From Zygophlyctis sp. KS116 (Eukaryota > Fungi > Chytridiomycota), in NCBI GenBank assembly GCA_054661495.1, contig BAAFSQ010000029.1:1-32000 (forward strand): a DNA stretch of 32,000 nucleotides, written 5' to 3'. Below the pieces are notes generated by a model. The model did not search any database. It was not told the origin of the DNA and was given only the letters and a program-made list of their open reading frames with translations. A program made the translations under genes and the position numbers. Shown one piece after another: positions 31,301-32,000 of this stretch. Each line of letters begins with the position of its first letter. Position 1 is the first letter of the stretch.

Positions 31301-32000
31301 TGATGAGCATTTGGAATCTATACTCAGTAAAACCACAAAAATCAAGTCTTTAGAATTTAGGCGATGTAATCGTGTGACTGATTTCGGACTATTTCTAGTC
31401 GTTCGCTACTGTCGGTAATCTATAAACAATTAAAAATAGACATTTACAATATTTAGATATTAGTGACTGTGATCACATTTCTGATAAATGCCTTAAGTGG
31501 ATAGCTTCTTCATGCATTAATTTAACATCTTTAAATCTAAGATTTTGTTCAAGAATTACTAATGGTGGACTCTATGACTTATCTCTTGGATCCCAATCAT
31601 TTACTACCTTGAAACTTAATCATTGTAATCAGATTACAGATGCAAGCATCATATTTTTTTCAGATAATATCAAAGACTTACGAGAAATATATCTACGAAG
31701 ATGCCGAAAATTAACCGATAACTCTGCAAAATATTTAATCAAGGCCTCGTTGCGCCTAAAAGTACTAGACATGACAGCCTGCCCGCATATATCAAGATCA
31801 AACCTGCTTCCAATAGCCCCGAGTACTTTGAAGCTAGTCCTTGATCTATCTCTTAATGAACGAGGAATCAAATCTCCGTCTGAAAGAGGGGCTCATGTAG
31901 CGTCAGAAGTTCCCATTCATAAAAGATTTACGAGCGGGCCTGCATCAATAATGAGCGGAAAAAAGACTATCAAAGAACAATCAGATTCTCAAAAAGGATC
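28367..32000 (+). CDS. Four cyclic-nucleotide-binding domains + F-box + cysteine-containing LRRs (3' end outside window)
   Basis: Introns 28647-28672, 29416-29440, 29903-29930 and 31415-31439 give a single frame open to base 32000. Four FFGE...RT(A/V) cassettes. F-box ILDLLDSDMPIIFSLVDPLDLIKLQRVCRRWANL. Repeated LxxLxLxxCxxIxD LRRs. Confidence 0.92.

Noticed and set aside
736-31439. Fragmented ORFs as pseudogenes, frameshifting or an alternative genetic code
   Set aside because: Nearly every break I examined is explained by a GT-AG micro-intron that restores conserved motifs. TAA, TAG and TGA all end genes at expected C-termini (AKL-TAA, CFH-TAG, BPL1-TGA).
2676-31871. Many 60-140-aa antisense or alternate-frame ORFs (e.g. 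3150-3509, 9137-9520, 9763-10191, 21793-22137, 30260-30613, 30644-31015)
   Set aside because: They are shadows of well-supported genes on the other strand or frame and show no recognisable motifs.

Overview
AT-rich, extremely gene-dense eukaryotic DNA, most likely from a zoosporic (chytrid-type) fungus. This assignment is an inference from a fungal-type BPL1 N-terminus, a Crinkler-like relic and the flagellar genes CC2D2A, Rjl and CCDC78. The ORF track is fragmented because the genes are split by miniature GT-AG introns: I placed more than 40 by hand, nearly all 24-30 nt. After manual splicing the window holds about 19 genes. In order: the 3' end of a repeat-containing GPI-type protein, a peroxisomal enoyl-CoA isomerase, a hidden ~68-aa single-TM microprotein, an MDC1-like FHA-BRCT protein and an orphan (all +). 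Then nine consecutive minus-strand genes: ArfGAP, a zinc-ribbon-less Brf/TFIIB-like factor, Rjl GTPase, a Phactr-like RPEL/PP1 regulator, a coiled-coil orphan, BPL1, CC2D2A, CTF8 and an isochorismatase-family protein. Then a degenerate kinesin fused to a CCDC78-type coiled coil, an amino-acid transporter, a LisH-CTLH-WD40 protein, HRD1, and a 4x cyclic-nucleotide-binding/F-box/LRR protein running off the right edge. Highlights: the candidate cNMP-gated SCF receptor, the ~26-nt introns, an ATGA stop-start overlap (ISOC to CTF8) inside an operon-like run, a complete Phactr architecture invisible to the ORF track, the pseudo-kinesin-CCDC78 fusion and a decayed Crinkler-type header. All homology calls come from motif recognition by eye; no searches were run.
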